DNA of 64,000 nt from Adineta vaga (taxonomy: Eukaryota; Animalia; Rotifera), in NCBI GenBank assembly GCA_021613535.1, contig CP075492.1:18166001-18230000 (forward strand). Direction: 5' to 3'. How positions within the stretch are numbered: the stretch's first letter is position 1; the number at the start of each line of letters is the position of its first letter. The position numbers and the translations under genes were made by a program. The notes under the pieces were generated by a model, which saw only the letters and a list, made by a program, of their open reading frames with translations, made no database searches and was not told the origin of the DNA. Shown piece after piece: positions 1 through 12,451 of the stretch.

Positions 1-574
1 TTTTGAATGTTTCGATTTAAATGAAGGTATTTGTATTGCTTATTTCTATACTACTGCTAGACCATTCCTTCGAACATTAGCAGATGCCAAAAAATACTTA
101 TATCTTTCTCGCAGTCGAGGGTTAAGTGAATCGAAACGACGAATACTACTTGCAAATTACTATAAGTAAAATTAACATTTTTGTTTAAATCATGAATTCC
201 ATTTTGTGCAGCAAATGATGAATGATTATTGGATGAAAAAAGTTTACGTGTTAATTCAAATCTAAAATAAACTATTTCACTACATGATACTGAAGTGAAT
301 GTAATTTGTGATCAAGACCACAATGCATGTACTTTTCAATTTTTGAACAGATATGTAGTTTTAGATCATCTACAAAATCACCACATATACAACTCGCTTC
401 CATCTTCATCGTATTTCAGAGAAAAAAAAGATGTTCATTGATTTTTTAGTGATTAAAGCTAGATAGTAAATCAAACTTTTTTACGTTCTTTTACATGTGT
501 ATTGTCATAGTCATATAGTGATAAACGAAAAATCTTTTCTTATAAATATAACTTCACAATCAGTTTTAATCCAT

Positions 575-1992
575 TCAACCTAATGCAAATGTAGCTGCAA
601 TTTCGGCAGCAGTTCGTACAAATGGATAAAACCAAACTTCATCAATGCAACCACTAAAACTGATATTAGCAGACGGTTCATACAAAGCAACATTGCCGAT
701 TTCTAATGAATATGGTACACCTAGAATAGGTCCATGAGAACCACTCGATGAATCAAAAGTTCCATTGATATAGATAGATATTGTAGTTGATGTGAGATTA
801 TAAACAGAAGCGACATGAGTCCACGTATTGTTCGATAAAGTGCGAACGCTCAGATGACTATCTGACCGGAAATTGAGAACCATGTTACCAGTGCCAGTGA
901 TCGCAGTGCGAACGCACTGACGTGTGTCTAAAACTGAGCATTGACCGAAAATGACCTGTTCAGTACCATCACCGATTCGTGATGATTGAATCCAAGCTTC
1001 TACTGAATACGATATAGAACGTAAGTCAACCAATGGAGTTTGACTAATTGTTACAGACTGACGAAGTGATCTCGATAGATTTAAACATTTACCACATCCA
1101 TTTCGACCGATTCCGTACGATAATGGACCATTTCGACTACTGCCATTATAAACATTAAATTTATCATTTAAACCATTGGCAAACAACCATCCCAATGTTG
1201 CAGCTAAAGCACAAAGAATTAATAAATGTGATGATGAGAGAAAAATACGTATTTCATACATCTTCCTGAAGGTGTTACTTCAGTGTTGATACACTCAGTC
1301 GTTGTTGTTTGTGATGTTGATGATGTTGCTGTGCTTGTAGATGTTGTTGTTGTAGTTGGCCCTATATCGAATAATAAAAGTCAAAGTAAATCTACTTAGA
1401 GTTTTTACTATTTGAATACTCTCTATCTATCAAACGAGCTATAAATGAAAGAAATTAACGTTAAACAGCTTCTTTTAATCTGCTCGAGTCGTTGCAACGA
1501 AGGATATCGAAAAAACGACTGTTTATCACACATCAATAATCTGAAGGATACTACAATTATCCCTATAAAGTATTATCTAGTCTAATACCTATCTAAAAAA
1601 GCTCATTTCTCGTTGTAAGATCTCTATCAAAATATATAATAGTTATACTAACCAGGTGGATTTCGAGTACCAGTGATAACAATCATGGTAATAGTGTCTT
1701 CAACAGCTACCATATTACCAGTCTCACTTTGAATATTATCAAACAGTTCACAACGTGACGTTGATTTATAGAAGCTCATTGCTGTACATTGTATTTGTGA
1801 TAAACAAGCTGTTTGACATTTCCGAATAGTTGCTAGATTAACCGCCACCAATGGTACACATGTTGTGTTAGTACATTTAAATTGCAAACCATGTATAGCA
1901 AACATTCGAACTGATCGCATCTCTTCTTCAATGGACTGTTCACCAAATACAAATAAAAGAAACAAAAAAGAAACACTTCTCAAAGTCATCAT
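575..1992 (-). CDS. Secreted PAN/apple domain + Thr-rich linker + LamG/concanavalin A-like domain protein (3 exons)
   Basis: The 1648-1992 ORF has a signal peptide and PAN cysteines (CQTACLSQIQCTAMSF...CELF). Donor GTTAG at 1652. A middle exon ~1361-1261 encodes GPTTTTTSTSTATSS. The final exon has LamG motifs (YSVEAWI, WTHVASVY, IYING, FSGCIDEVWFY). Confidence 0.8.
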
Positions 1993-3185
1993 TGCTAATA
2001 TTTCAAAGTAATGAAATGAATTTTACTAAAAGAACAATATGAAGCATCTGCTTAGTTGTAAAATACTGTTTCAGTTTTTTTTCTTCTATATAATGGAAAA
2101 TCTACTCGCAATCTTTTTCCTTTTTTTCTGTTATGAAAACAACTAAATACATAACAAACTCTTCTGCTAAAAGTAATTTAATGATTTCGAGAGAAAGTCA
2201 GAAAGAAACAATAAGGCAAGAGCAATGAAACATGAGAAACACATGGAATAACAACATACAAAAATTTACCGTCGGTAGAAAACTATCTTGAAGGTTTTGA
2301 TGTGAAATGTTATCGATACAAAGTGATTATATGTAAATTCACCATTGAATGTAGCAAATAAATATGAATATCGTATTTGACTTGCATTTCCAATAGAATA
2401 CGTCGATAAATTGAAACAAAGATGTGCCCACATCTCATTTACATCATCCACTCTTTCCCGAATGCTCAAAATTAATACGAATGGTTTTGTTCTATAGATG
2501 CTAGAGAATAAGACAAATAACTTCGATGAATGAAAAATGTCTTCTCTGCATGATTTTTTAGCCTTCATAATACATATTGTTGTTCAAATAGAAAACGATT
2601 TAGCAAAACGATATCTTCCAATTTATCTCATTATTTTAAGTACATGTACAAATTAAATGATTTATTTATTCGTCAATGATTGAACTTATGTTATTTTAAA
2701 ACAAATCTTTTAAGATAATTTGATGAAATTGTGTATAACTTATATTACTTCTTTTATTTTATGTATTAAATCATGTAACACATTACTTTCAGTCGTATAT
2801 TAATTTATCTTTTTAAAAAATATTTTAATGAATAGATGTTTGTGTTGCTTTTGAATATCGACTATTAATCATTTTACATACGCTCTATTTTGGATTGAAC
2901 AGAACATCAAGATATATCGATGTCCAATGAGAAAGTTTAGACTTTCATTCTTTACAAAAATGAACTATTTAGTTTTAATTTTTATGATCACATCCAATTC
3001 CTGGATTCCGATAAAGTTTTAGACTTGCTATAAACGAACCTCTATATATATATTTCTCATTTAACATAAGTGATATAGAAAATTCAGCTTCTCGTCAAAC
3101 TTGAATAATTCTTAGCAACACTTCGAAAAAAGTGATACGGGTGGGTGTGAATGAGAGAAGAAAGAACACCCACACCCACCCTCAA

Positions 3186-3300
3186 TTCATCAACATTCTT
3201 AATGGAATAGGAAATACTTTATCGAAACAAAGTAAATATGATGAAGTTCTTAATTATTATCAAAAAACCTTACAAATGATAAAAGATATTCTTCCAAATA
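3186..3300 (+). pseudogene. Isolated single TPR-repeat fragment (kinesin-light-chain/nephrocystin type)
   Basis: Translates INILNGIGNTLSKQSKYDEVLNYYQKTLQMIKDILPNN, matching the 42-aa TPR consensus. No neighbouring TPR exons are visible. Confidence 0.6.
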
Positions 3301-3363
3301 ATCTTGAGGGGTGGGTGTGATTTGTCCTCACTGTGTCTCCACCCACACCCACACCCTCAAGAT
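3301..3363. repeat. Best-preserved telomere-hexamer hairpin copy
   Basis: ATCTTGAGGGGTGGGTGTG ... CACACCCACACCCTCAAGAT, with both termini complete. It lies 12 bp beyond the stop of the 3376-4215 gene. Confidence 0.9.
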
Positions 3364-3375
3364 GGTTGTATATTT

Positions 3376-4215
3376 TTATTGATCATAAAGGACAAGACAG
3401 CGCATTTCTATACTATCTTGTTCGGCAACCATTGATGACACGCTCTCATGAACGAAAGCTGTGTGAGCACCAAACTGAGCAACACCCAGTTTACTATCGA
3501 AGATTTTAAAAATGAACATCTCATTTGAGCGCATTTCGCTTAAATAGTACCACTTTTGAGCACTTTGTATATTGTGCGAGATCGTGTATATCGAAACAGT
3601 AGCGGCAGTTCCACGAACTTCTGACACATGAATATCGTTCTCAAGATCTAATGAACGATAATCGCATATCGTCAATGGAGTATTAATTATAGGATTGCTA
3701 CCTAGTGGACGCCAAACATTGATAATTTGAAAGCGTTTTTGCATTTGTTTGATACTCTCTTCTTCACCAATCACTTCTTTTAATTTGAAGTAAGCTCCGG
3801 ATGGATCATTATCGACGTGTGGATAGAAGATAGGATTCTTGTGGGTTGAATCGCATTGATCTACAGGACGTGGTGGTCCTCTAGAACGTGTTATATGGTT
3901 GAAAACAATTACACGAGAGGCATCCAGACGTCTTTTGAGTAGGTTAGCGATCTCTTCATAATAACATCGTTGCATTTCAGTACTATCATCAAATACCTCG
4001 AACACCTGACCATCATATTTAACTATTTCAAACCCATTAATGTCAAGATCGACACTATTCTCTTTGCCACGCAAATCATGAATGGTAACCCGTGTTGGTG
4101 TTCGTGCATAATTCGTAGTTGTCCATCCTAACTTAGGATTACTATCCATCCATGGAGCAGTACCATCCGTTGTATGACTAAAGAAATTAATTTCTGCAGT
4201 CGTATCACCGCCCAT
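3376..4215 (-). CDS. AsaB/CmcJ/GA4-desaturase-like non-heme iron hydroxylase/desaturase, intronless, probable horizontal acquisition
   Basis: 279-aa ORF with the family motifs IHDLRG..LDINGF, HVD, INVWRPL, PLTICDYRS, WYYLSEM, HTAF and SIEMRCLV. Confidence 0.85.
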   Translation of the reverse strand: MGGDTTAEINFFSHTTDGTAPWMDSNPKLGWTTTNYARTPTRVTIHDLRGKENSVDLDINGFEIVKYDGQVFEVFDDSTEMQRCYYEEIANLLKRRLDASRVIVFNHITRSRGPPRPVDQCDSTHKNPIFYPHVDNDPSGAYFKLKEVIGEEESIKQMQKRFQIINVWRPLGSNPIINTPLTICDYRSLDLENDIHVSEVRGTAATVSIYTISHNIQSAQKWYYLSEMRSNEMFIFKIFDSKLGVAQFGAHTAFVHESVSSMVAEQDSIEMRCLVLYDQ

Positions 4216-4605
4216 ATCCTATTCAAGAACAGAGGTAAAAAAAGAGAATGAGCATGAAAAAAATGATAATAAATTAAATATAATTCTTTTTCTCTTGCTT
4301 CCTTATCTTACTCAAAATAATAATGCTACAAAGCACGGACGAAAGTCTTTGTACTTAGGTTTTTCGCACTTTTCCGTAACGTAGTTGTGATCATTATGAA
4401 GAATATAGTGCAATGAATTATCTTGAGGGTGTGGTTATGGGTGATTAACAGATACCCACATCCTCAGGTTTTGTGAACAATTCTATAACGTGATGCTACT
4501 ATTTTATTTGATAATAGTTAATGTTTGCAATTAAGAGAGATTTTCCAAGCAAAAAGAGTGCACTCGAACATAAGAAAAAGCAAAGCTAACAAAGCACTAG
4601 TAGTT

Positions 4606-7600
4606 CTAGAATTTTTCTTCGTAATATCGAAATCGATATTTGATGCAAGACGTACGAATCGTCGTTCCCATCGATGGTGGACCACAGAAGAAAACACTGA
4701 CATCACTAGTCAACGATACATTTTCACCAGATGTCAAACTTTGAAAGAGTTCATCCCATTTTGGACGACCAAGATGTGTTTTTGATTTCAACCTTTCATA
4801 AACATCATGTCCAGCTATATCAGTCCAAATATTTGTAATCGGATCTACTGGATTATCATTGGTATTATTATCGGATTTTAAACCAGTAAAATAAAGATGA
4901 ATATCGAGAAAAGGTTGTTCATTAATATTCACATTTAAATACGTTTCTTGCTCACATTCGAATTCATACAAAAGATGTAGAAACCATTCGAAATTTTTAT
5001 GATTTCGATTGACCCAAATGAAATCGATTTTTTTCAATAGACGATTTCCTACTAAACCTTGTCGATGATAATTAATACCTTGACAACGTTTGCAAACAAT
5101 ACGTGATGCACGAAATTGTGCCATGAGACTTTGCAAAATCGAAGCATAGGGTGTAATACCAATACCACCACCAATGAGTATAGCATGTTTACAATCGAAA
5201 ACACATCGTGCACATGATGAATAAGGTCCTTTAATTATTATCAATTCATGTGCTACAATACGTTCATCATCACGATGGATAGTTTCTTGCTCTTCTCTTT
5301 CTTCCATTGTAGCTTGATCAATATTAAGATCTGCTCGATGAATGGTTAGACTATTTTCTATAGTTTGAGAATCAGACATATTTTTAAAATAGTAATAAAC
5401 TTGTTTTGTCCAATCTCCAATAGATTGAATATGTACACTCAAATAGGACATTTCTTCAGGTGCACTACTAATCGTAAACGGATGGTATTCATAAAGAGCG
5501 ATATGTGGTATATTTATACTAATGTAATCACCAGCTTTGAAACTAAAAATGGAACATTTCCAAAGAGAATGATCAAAAAATTGCTTACCTGAAATTTTTT
5601 GGTCGATGAATATATAAACAGATAACATTGGATGGTTCAATAGTGGCAGAAATAATATGAGTACGGCCATTGTTTGATGAATATCGTGTTATATTTGAAT
5701 AGGTTTTTTCCAAGAAAAATATTATTAATGGAGCTATAGCCCATTTCTGTTATAATGAAAAAAACAATATATGTAAATTAAAGATTCATGAAAAGAAATA
5801 AGAAAAACTAACCCAAAAAGGCTTAGCATGAATAATAAGAAGGATATAAAAAGCTAGATAAAGCAGATGTGTCCAGTAAAAGACCTGATAATTAGAAAGA
5901 AAAATTGCAAAGATCTTTATATTGTGTACAGAACATTAAAGTTTAATAGAATTTACTTGAAAATGGCCACGATGTCGAACCCAATTCATTGAGCATACAA
6001 CCATGACTAGAAGAATAATACATAGAAGAACACCACTGAGTGGTGTAAAACCACCTACCCAACCAATATCGGGATAGGTACTAAACTAAAAGCAAGAAGT
6101 CATTGAAACATCGTAAAGAAAAAAGATCATTCCGTTACTTTACCATGAACGCAGTCCATGAATGATCTAAAAATGAAAATCGACAGAAACCTTAGACAAG
6201 TCATCTGTAACTCACCAGTACGTATTCCAAAGTTAATCATATGTGCAATCGTATGAAAAATAGTTAATACTGCAATAAACTGTCCAATAAACTTATGAAA
6301 ATCAATATGATCATCAACTGGAATCCATTTTCGTAGATATTTATTTGATCGGATCATCAATATTGTATATTTAAGCATCAATACAATGACTAATGTACAA
6401 TGAAAATTGAGTAACATTCCACAAATACGTGCTATTACTATATATGTATTAGACTTTGTTACTGTCGTTCGATAGATAATGACATATAAACTTAGTGCTA
6501 AATTAATTAAAATATAAACAATCAAGAAAATAATTCTTGTTAGATTATTGCGTAGATTATCGATTGTAAATTTTGATGAATTTTCGTCATAATAATAAGA
6601 ATACCATTTATAATTGGCCAAATATCGATGAATAACATTGAGTTTTGATGCTTTTCTAACTATTAATTGATTATTATTATTATCTTCATATAGACATGTT
6701 GGTAATGATCTTTCTATTTGAGTATCACAATTATTTCTATCAATAAGAATAATTATGTTTGTTGATTTTATTTTACATTCAGAAAAAATAGTATCTTCAA
6801 ATTTTATATATTAGGTTGTCAACAAAGTTTTGGCGTTTTTTTCAAAAATTTTATTTTTGTTTTTTCACTTCAAAAGTACAACTAGTTTTCAGATATATAT
6901 TTACCATTACTATCTACCACTTGTTGCCAACGCTCTGGCAGAGACATGATCCCGCGCTCGTAGAAGTCCTGGGATTTTTCATCAAAGAACTTGACAAGCT
7001 CCGTTTTGACATCGCTTTCGTCGTCGAACTTTTTATCACGTAAATCATTCGAAAGAGATCGAAACAAATGGTAGTCTGTTGGAGCCAAGTCAGGGGAATA
7101 AGGTGGATGAGGAATGGTAATCCAGCCGAGCTTCAATAATTTTTCACGGGTCGACTTTGCTACATGTGGTCTAGCGTTGTCATGTAAAAAATAAACTCGA
7201 TCCTGCTTTCCCTTGAGCTTTTCTGCAACCCGATCCAATTGTTGACAGTACAGATCAGCAGTGATGGTGTAACCATTTGGTAGAACTTCCCAGTGGATAA
7301 CTCCTTTGATACCCCACCAGACGCTCAGCATCAATTTCTTGGGATGGAGATCAGCCTTCGGTGTTGCTACGCCGGTTTGACCAGCGCTCAGCCACTGACG
7401 TCGACGCGTGTAGTTAACATACAACACCCACTTCTCATCACCAGTAATCAGATTGGATAACCATTGGTAGTTGCGGTGAGATGTGATTAAATCCATACAT
7501 GCATCAACTCTCTGTTGCAGCTGATGTGCCGATAATTCATGAGGTATCCATACCCCATATTTCCAGGTCTTGCCTAATTCGTTCAGATGTTTTTCCACCG

Positions 7601-8151
7601 TAGTATGAGAGCACCCGAGCTGCTCTGCTAAACACCGTAAAGTCAGTCGAGGATCTTCTTCGATAAGCTGCTTTAAAAAGTCCACATCCACTTCCATTGG
7701 TCTACCAGATCGAGGTAAGTCGTCGAGTTCTAAATCGCCATTCTTGAAATGATTGAACCAACGTTGCGCGGTACGAGTGGAGACTAGACCCTGACCCATC
7801 GTGCCGCATATGTTGCTGGCTGCTTCCGTTGCTTTGTGCCCCAAACGAAATTCATGAAGTAAAAGCACTCGAACCTCTCTATGAGAAAGATTCATCTTTG
7901 ACTCGGCATCAACGTCCATATCAACGATTTTTTTATCATTCAAAAGACATTCATGTCCTATATATATACCCTTAGTATGGAAACTTCTAGAACTTTCTTG
8001 GTTGTTCTACAAGATTTTAGAAAAAAACGACAGAACTTTGTTGACAACCTAATACATACGCTATGGCTTCGAGATTTTGAATTGTCGTTTGTAATAATGG
8101 ATATGCATTTGTACTGTTTCCATTTTGTCGTTGACTAGAGATTGCATTCAT
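4606..8151 (-). CDS. NADPH oxidase, NOX5-like core (ferric reductase TM + FAD + NADPH domains), multi-exon
   Basis: Heme histidines (DFHK...HTIAH; FYWTH...IIH), HPFTISSAP, GDWT, GPY, GGGIGITP, GRPKW, FFCGP and terminal EKF. The exons join in frame across GT-AG introns. The 5' end is uncertain; a short extra exon near 8270-8284 is possible. Confidence 0.9.
6811..8052 (-). mobile_element. Full-length mariner (DD34D) transposon, 1242 bp, TA target duplication
   Basis: TIRs TTAGGTTGTCAACAAAGTT(T/C)TG(G/T)CGTTTTTTTC at 6811 and ending at 8052. TA flanks at 6809-6810 and 8053-8054. Confidence 0.97.
6882..7943 (-). CDS. Mariner transposase (intact)
   Basis: 353 aa with HTH, WIPHEL, GDEKW, HDNARPH and YSPDLAPTDYHLF. 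Confidence 0.97.
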   Translation of the reverse strand: MNDKKIVDMDVDAESKMNLSHREVRVLLLHEFRLGHKATEAASNICGTMGQGLVSTRTAQRWFNHFKNGDLELDDLPRSGRPMEVDVDFLKQLIEEDPRLTLRCLAEQLGCSHTTVEKHLNELGKTWKYGVWIPHELSAHQLQQRVDACMDLITSHRNYQWLSNLITGDEKWVLYVNYTRRRQWLSAGQTGVATPKADLHPKKLMLSVWWGIKGVIHWEVLPNGYTITADLYCQQLDRVAEKLKGKQDRVYFLHDNARPHVAKSTREKLLKLGWITIPHPPYSPDLAPTDYHLFRSLSNDLRDKKFDDESDVKTELVKFFDEKSQDFYERGIMSLPERWQQVVDSNGKYISEN

Positions 8152-9661
8152 CTGAACAAAAATAGATTAAGTAAGAAAGCAACAATGTGCTATTGCAACT
8201 TATAGTACAAAAAATGATTTTAGTATTACGAATAATATAATCGGTCGTACACGTAACTAAAAAATTACCTCAATTTGTTCCATAAAAAGTATTCTCTGAG
8301 AAAACTGCCTTGTTGTGAACACAATTTTTGATAAAACTGATTTGAAAAGTGACGACAAGCATGTCTATTAAAATTATTTAACAGAAGAACAATTTTTTTT
8401 TTCATATTTATCTACCGGGTTGCCAATAAGTAGTCGAACAAAGTATTCTCTTTTTTTTATTTTGTTATTTATCATGAGTTGCTGTTGTTTATGGATCACC
8501 CTGTATATCGGATGAGACCTCATTCACGTGACAAAAAAAGAATAAAAAGTTTAGAATTAGTCACATATTCCATTAAAAGCTATTCTGTTTTATTTAAGAA
8601 TGCTGATATTTGAACAAGAAAATTCCTCTTATGAATAAAACAATAACAAATCATTAGACAAATTGATATCTGAGAAGATAATCTATTATTTTTAGACATA
8701 AATATATTTTTTGAACCACTAAAAATTCATTGTATTTAGTGAAATAAACGTGAAAAAATTTATCCAAGAGTGCGTCAAACTTGTACAGCATAGCATAGAC
8801 AAACGCTCAATCATTTTGGCGATGTAAATATGAATATGAATGAAATTATTTTCTCTCTAATAGGTGTAGGTGAGTATAGATGAGGATTAAGAAAATACAC
8901 ATCTACACCGGCGCCAAGAACATGAAAAATTCACCGATACATTTTTTAATTTACTATCTTTTGTTTCAATTTAAATACGAGTACCTAATCGAAGGTTAGA
9001 AAAACTCACTGAGATTGTATTCATAACTATAAAATGTGAATTCTGTTATTACATGAGGGTGGGGTGTGGTTATAGGTATCTGTTAATCACCCTCAATCAC
9101 ACCCACACCCTCAAGATATTGCAAAACTTCGATTAAAAGATAATTCTTTTTTATTAAATCGAAAAGCTGATCTAACAGAATTGAAACCACGAACAACATT
9201 GAAAGTTGGTGTTGACGATATTTCAAAACATTTATATTATGTCGGTGGAGATGATGTTAGCTTACTTTTTCGATCAATTATTTCCTATTTTGAGGGTGTG
9301 AGTGGGTGTGGGTGTGGGTGTTATTGCTACAGCTATCTAACACCCACACCCACACCCACCCATCGTATCAGTCTACACTTTGTTTTATATATTCAATAAT
9401 AATAATAATAAACAAATTCAGTCGTGTGTGCGTGTGGATATCTCTTCTCCAACAACACCCAAACCCATTCACCCACACTTGAAGATGTTGAGATTAGTTA
9501 CTTTTTAGACTAATTTCGGGGGCTCAGCCCACCACAGCTCAAAAACCTGGTTACGTCACTAGGATGAGGCTAGTGAAAACAGTATAACGTGTTTTTCTGG
9601 TCTTGTGACATAAAAATAAAGACACACGAGAAATACAAAGCAAACGAAATAGAAATGTAAG

Positions 9662-11856
9662 TCAATCGTCAAGATACACCTGTTCTTGTTTTTTTATAGA
9701 AGGCGTGATGGCTAGCACATTCTTGATAAGTTGATCAATATGTCTGTTGTTGGCAGTAATTCGAAGATGAATCTGTCGAATGGCCTCGATTTCTTCTTCG
9801 GAGAAAGGATTGAGTGTTGTATGAAGATTGGAAACGGCAATGTTTTGAAAGGTATTCAACTGTCTCTGCTGAGCCTCCCAATGGCTCTGCATGCCTAACA
9901 AATATTCTCGCTGATCATAGGTAAGCGTTCTAATTTGATGAAATGAAGCCTGCATTGCTTTCAATGTTTTGGTTAGATCAATCGCATTGATTTCGATTTG
10001 TTCGCCATTGTGATATATAGCAGCACCACCACCTCCTATCAGAGCACCGGCTGCCATAATTCCAAGTGTCAAAGCAGGATTCGCTATGATTGCAGCACCG
10101 GTAAGGACTAATTTCACACCAGCTCCAGCACCAACAACAAAAAATCCCGCGCCGGCAGTGGCAGTTACGCCCCCGGCAAGTTTCTGTTTTTGACCCGACT
10201 TTTCCTGTTTCTTGGCATCATTTAGCGCGTTACTTATGCTGCTCAATGCAGTGTCTGTTTGTTGTAGCAGAGGTTCAACGAAATTGGTAATCTTGTTCAC
10301 ATCGTCCAGTGCACGTTCGATAATTTGTTTGTATTGTCTATTCAACAGATCGTAATTTCTTTCATCACGACCCACAAGAACTGATTCAACAAGGGCATCG
10401 GCCAATTTATCTAATTCTGGAAGAATGTCGAGATGTCCACGTAGATGCAGATTCATGGTTGTATACATATAGGCCGCTTTTGACACCAATGTCGCTGAAG
10501 TCAATTTCACCGTTTCAAGAACAGATCCTTTCGCAGAGTTTATTTGTTCAAGTTCAATTTGATTCTTTCTCATCTTAGTTTCCAAAGTTGCACTTTCTTG
10601 AAAAGCTTTGGTAATGTTTTCCACATTGAACGCAAGTGATCGCCAGATGGAATCCCGCAGTTGGGAAGCAGTGTTCGTACGATTTAGTAGAGCCAGGTAG
10701 GAGATGTCTGATATCACTAAATCCGTATTTGATTTCAGGCGCTTATGTGTTGGGCGGATTTTGTCTATGTAGTTGATATGATGACGCTCCACAGTTTCAC
10801 TGAGTTGCACTGTGCATGATACTGCTTCAGGATGCGGTAACAAACAAGCAAAGTAAACAACCAGAGAAAAGAAACAGAGCAGCGGACAAACAACATTAAA
10901 TCGACCATGTAGAATGTCGAACGCGACTGGTGTATGCTCGATGGGCGAAGGAATCGTTTCGGCATGTATTTGTGAATTAGCGTTCGATGACTGTTCTCGT
11001 TGCATCTGTCTTCGCTGAACATCGAGATAATGATTCCTACAATATGTCAATGATGAGCTCTGTTTAGATGAAGAGAAGCTCATGCTAGAAAAGAAAATTC
11101 TCGAATGTACTGCAAGCTACAGTTATATTTGCTGTCATTTTTAAGCTTTTCGCTTTGCTACTAGATTCTATACTGCTTAGCAGATACAAATAGACAGAAC
11201 AATGCTTACCTTGCCCGGCGTTGCAAACTCTCCATGATATTGGCGATAATGTAAATAACACCAAAAGTAATTGCCGCAGTCAAAGGAATTGATCTTTTCT
11301 CTTGACACTGTTCGTCGTTCATATTGAGCGCCACTGTACTCACAATCCGTGTAACCCACGCCTGGTTCTTTTCATAAAATGCGTTATTAACGTCAAGGAT
11401 CATTTTAAACTGGGTGTAACAAGAATTGATCATCGCTTCCACATTTGCATACATTTCATCGAGCGTTCGGAAGAATGCAAGAGCCTCACTCCACTCTGCA
11501 TTCCTAACAGATTTCAAAATTAATGGAAAGAGTATCTTACTCTCTTGCAAATACATTTCGAATTGTTTTGTCGCGATAGAAAAACTACCGGAATATTCCT
11601 TGATTCGTTGAAGAAGATTGCTTTGAAGTTTATCATTACACCGTCGTACGACTTCTTGCTTGGCCAAATCGTCAATTCGAGGAAGCTGATTTTCTTTGTA
11701 ATCATGCAGCATTTCGAATAAAGCTTGATTATCGTTTTGAATGTGGTCCATCACTTCAGTGAAATTCTTGCGAGTTTTGGAGGCTCTCGTAATGGTGAAG
11801 AGATCACCGAAGAGTACAGCAAAAGCGATGAGAATAAAACAACTAGCACGATACAT
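9662..11856 (-). CDS. Uncharacterised coiled-coil membrane/secreted protein with Gly/Ala-rich hydrophobic hairpin (~690 aa, 2 exons)
   Basis: ORFs 11206-11856 and 9662-11083 join in frame through intron 11209-11085 (AG|GTAAG...TTTTCTAG|C ATG). The product has a signal peptide, long amphipathic helices and the segment AGGVTATAGAGFFVVGAGAG...GIMAAGALIGGGGAAIY. Confidence 0.7.
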
Positions 11857-12451
11857 CCTTCAATTAATGATACGAAGCAACACTAAAGAATGAGAAAAAA
11901 AACGCAATAAGTCCGACTTTTTTCCAATTTTGCTGAATCAAAATGGTTTTTTCCTTCCTTTCACGCACACACGTGTTACAGAACGCGATAAATATGTCGT
12001 CATTTACAATAACTTGGTAGTTTCCTACCAGATAACGATGGTGAGGATGTCAGAGGGAAAAAAACAGTCACAATAACAATCACCCCCATTCTCAATCTTG
12101 AGGGTGAGGGTAATTTATTCGCCATGCACTTAATCTCGAGAAAAATCGTTTCTATTACAATCTACCATAAAAAGGAGACTGGTCGGATATGGTTCGTGAT
12201 TAGTAATTTTATTTGGCTATAAGAAAAATGGTATTAAAAAGAAGAAAATACAGCGAGAGAAATTAGCCAAGCTTTTACTTTGTGATTGAAGCTAATGAAG
12301 ATTCATTTTAATTTCGTCGAGTGTCTCTTGATCGACACCTAACGAACGAAGATAATTAAGAAACGTAGCAAATTGATCGATTAAGAATTTCCCAGCAAGA
12401 CCAAAGAAATCACAAACAGAATTCCACATTTGTTTGAAAAGATACATCGTA

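Noticed and set aside
130-430. C2H2-like zinc finger fragment (ICDQDHNAC...DHLQNHH)
   Set aside because: Multiple stops, and too short to assign; possibly transposon debris.
9517-9562. GGGCTCAGCCCACC...GGTTACGTCACTA, resembling a hAT-MITE 3' end
   Set aside because: No matching left TIR or TSD was found; only a fragment.
9662-11856. Two separate adjacent genes
   Set aside because: A canonical in-frame GT-AG intron (11209-11085) joins them, though no transcript evidence is available.
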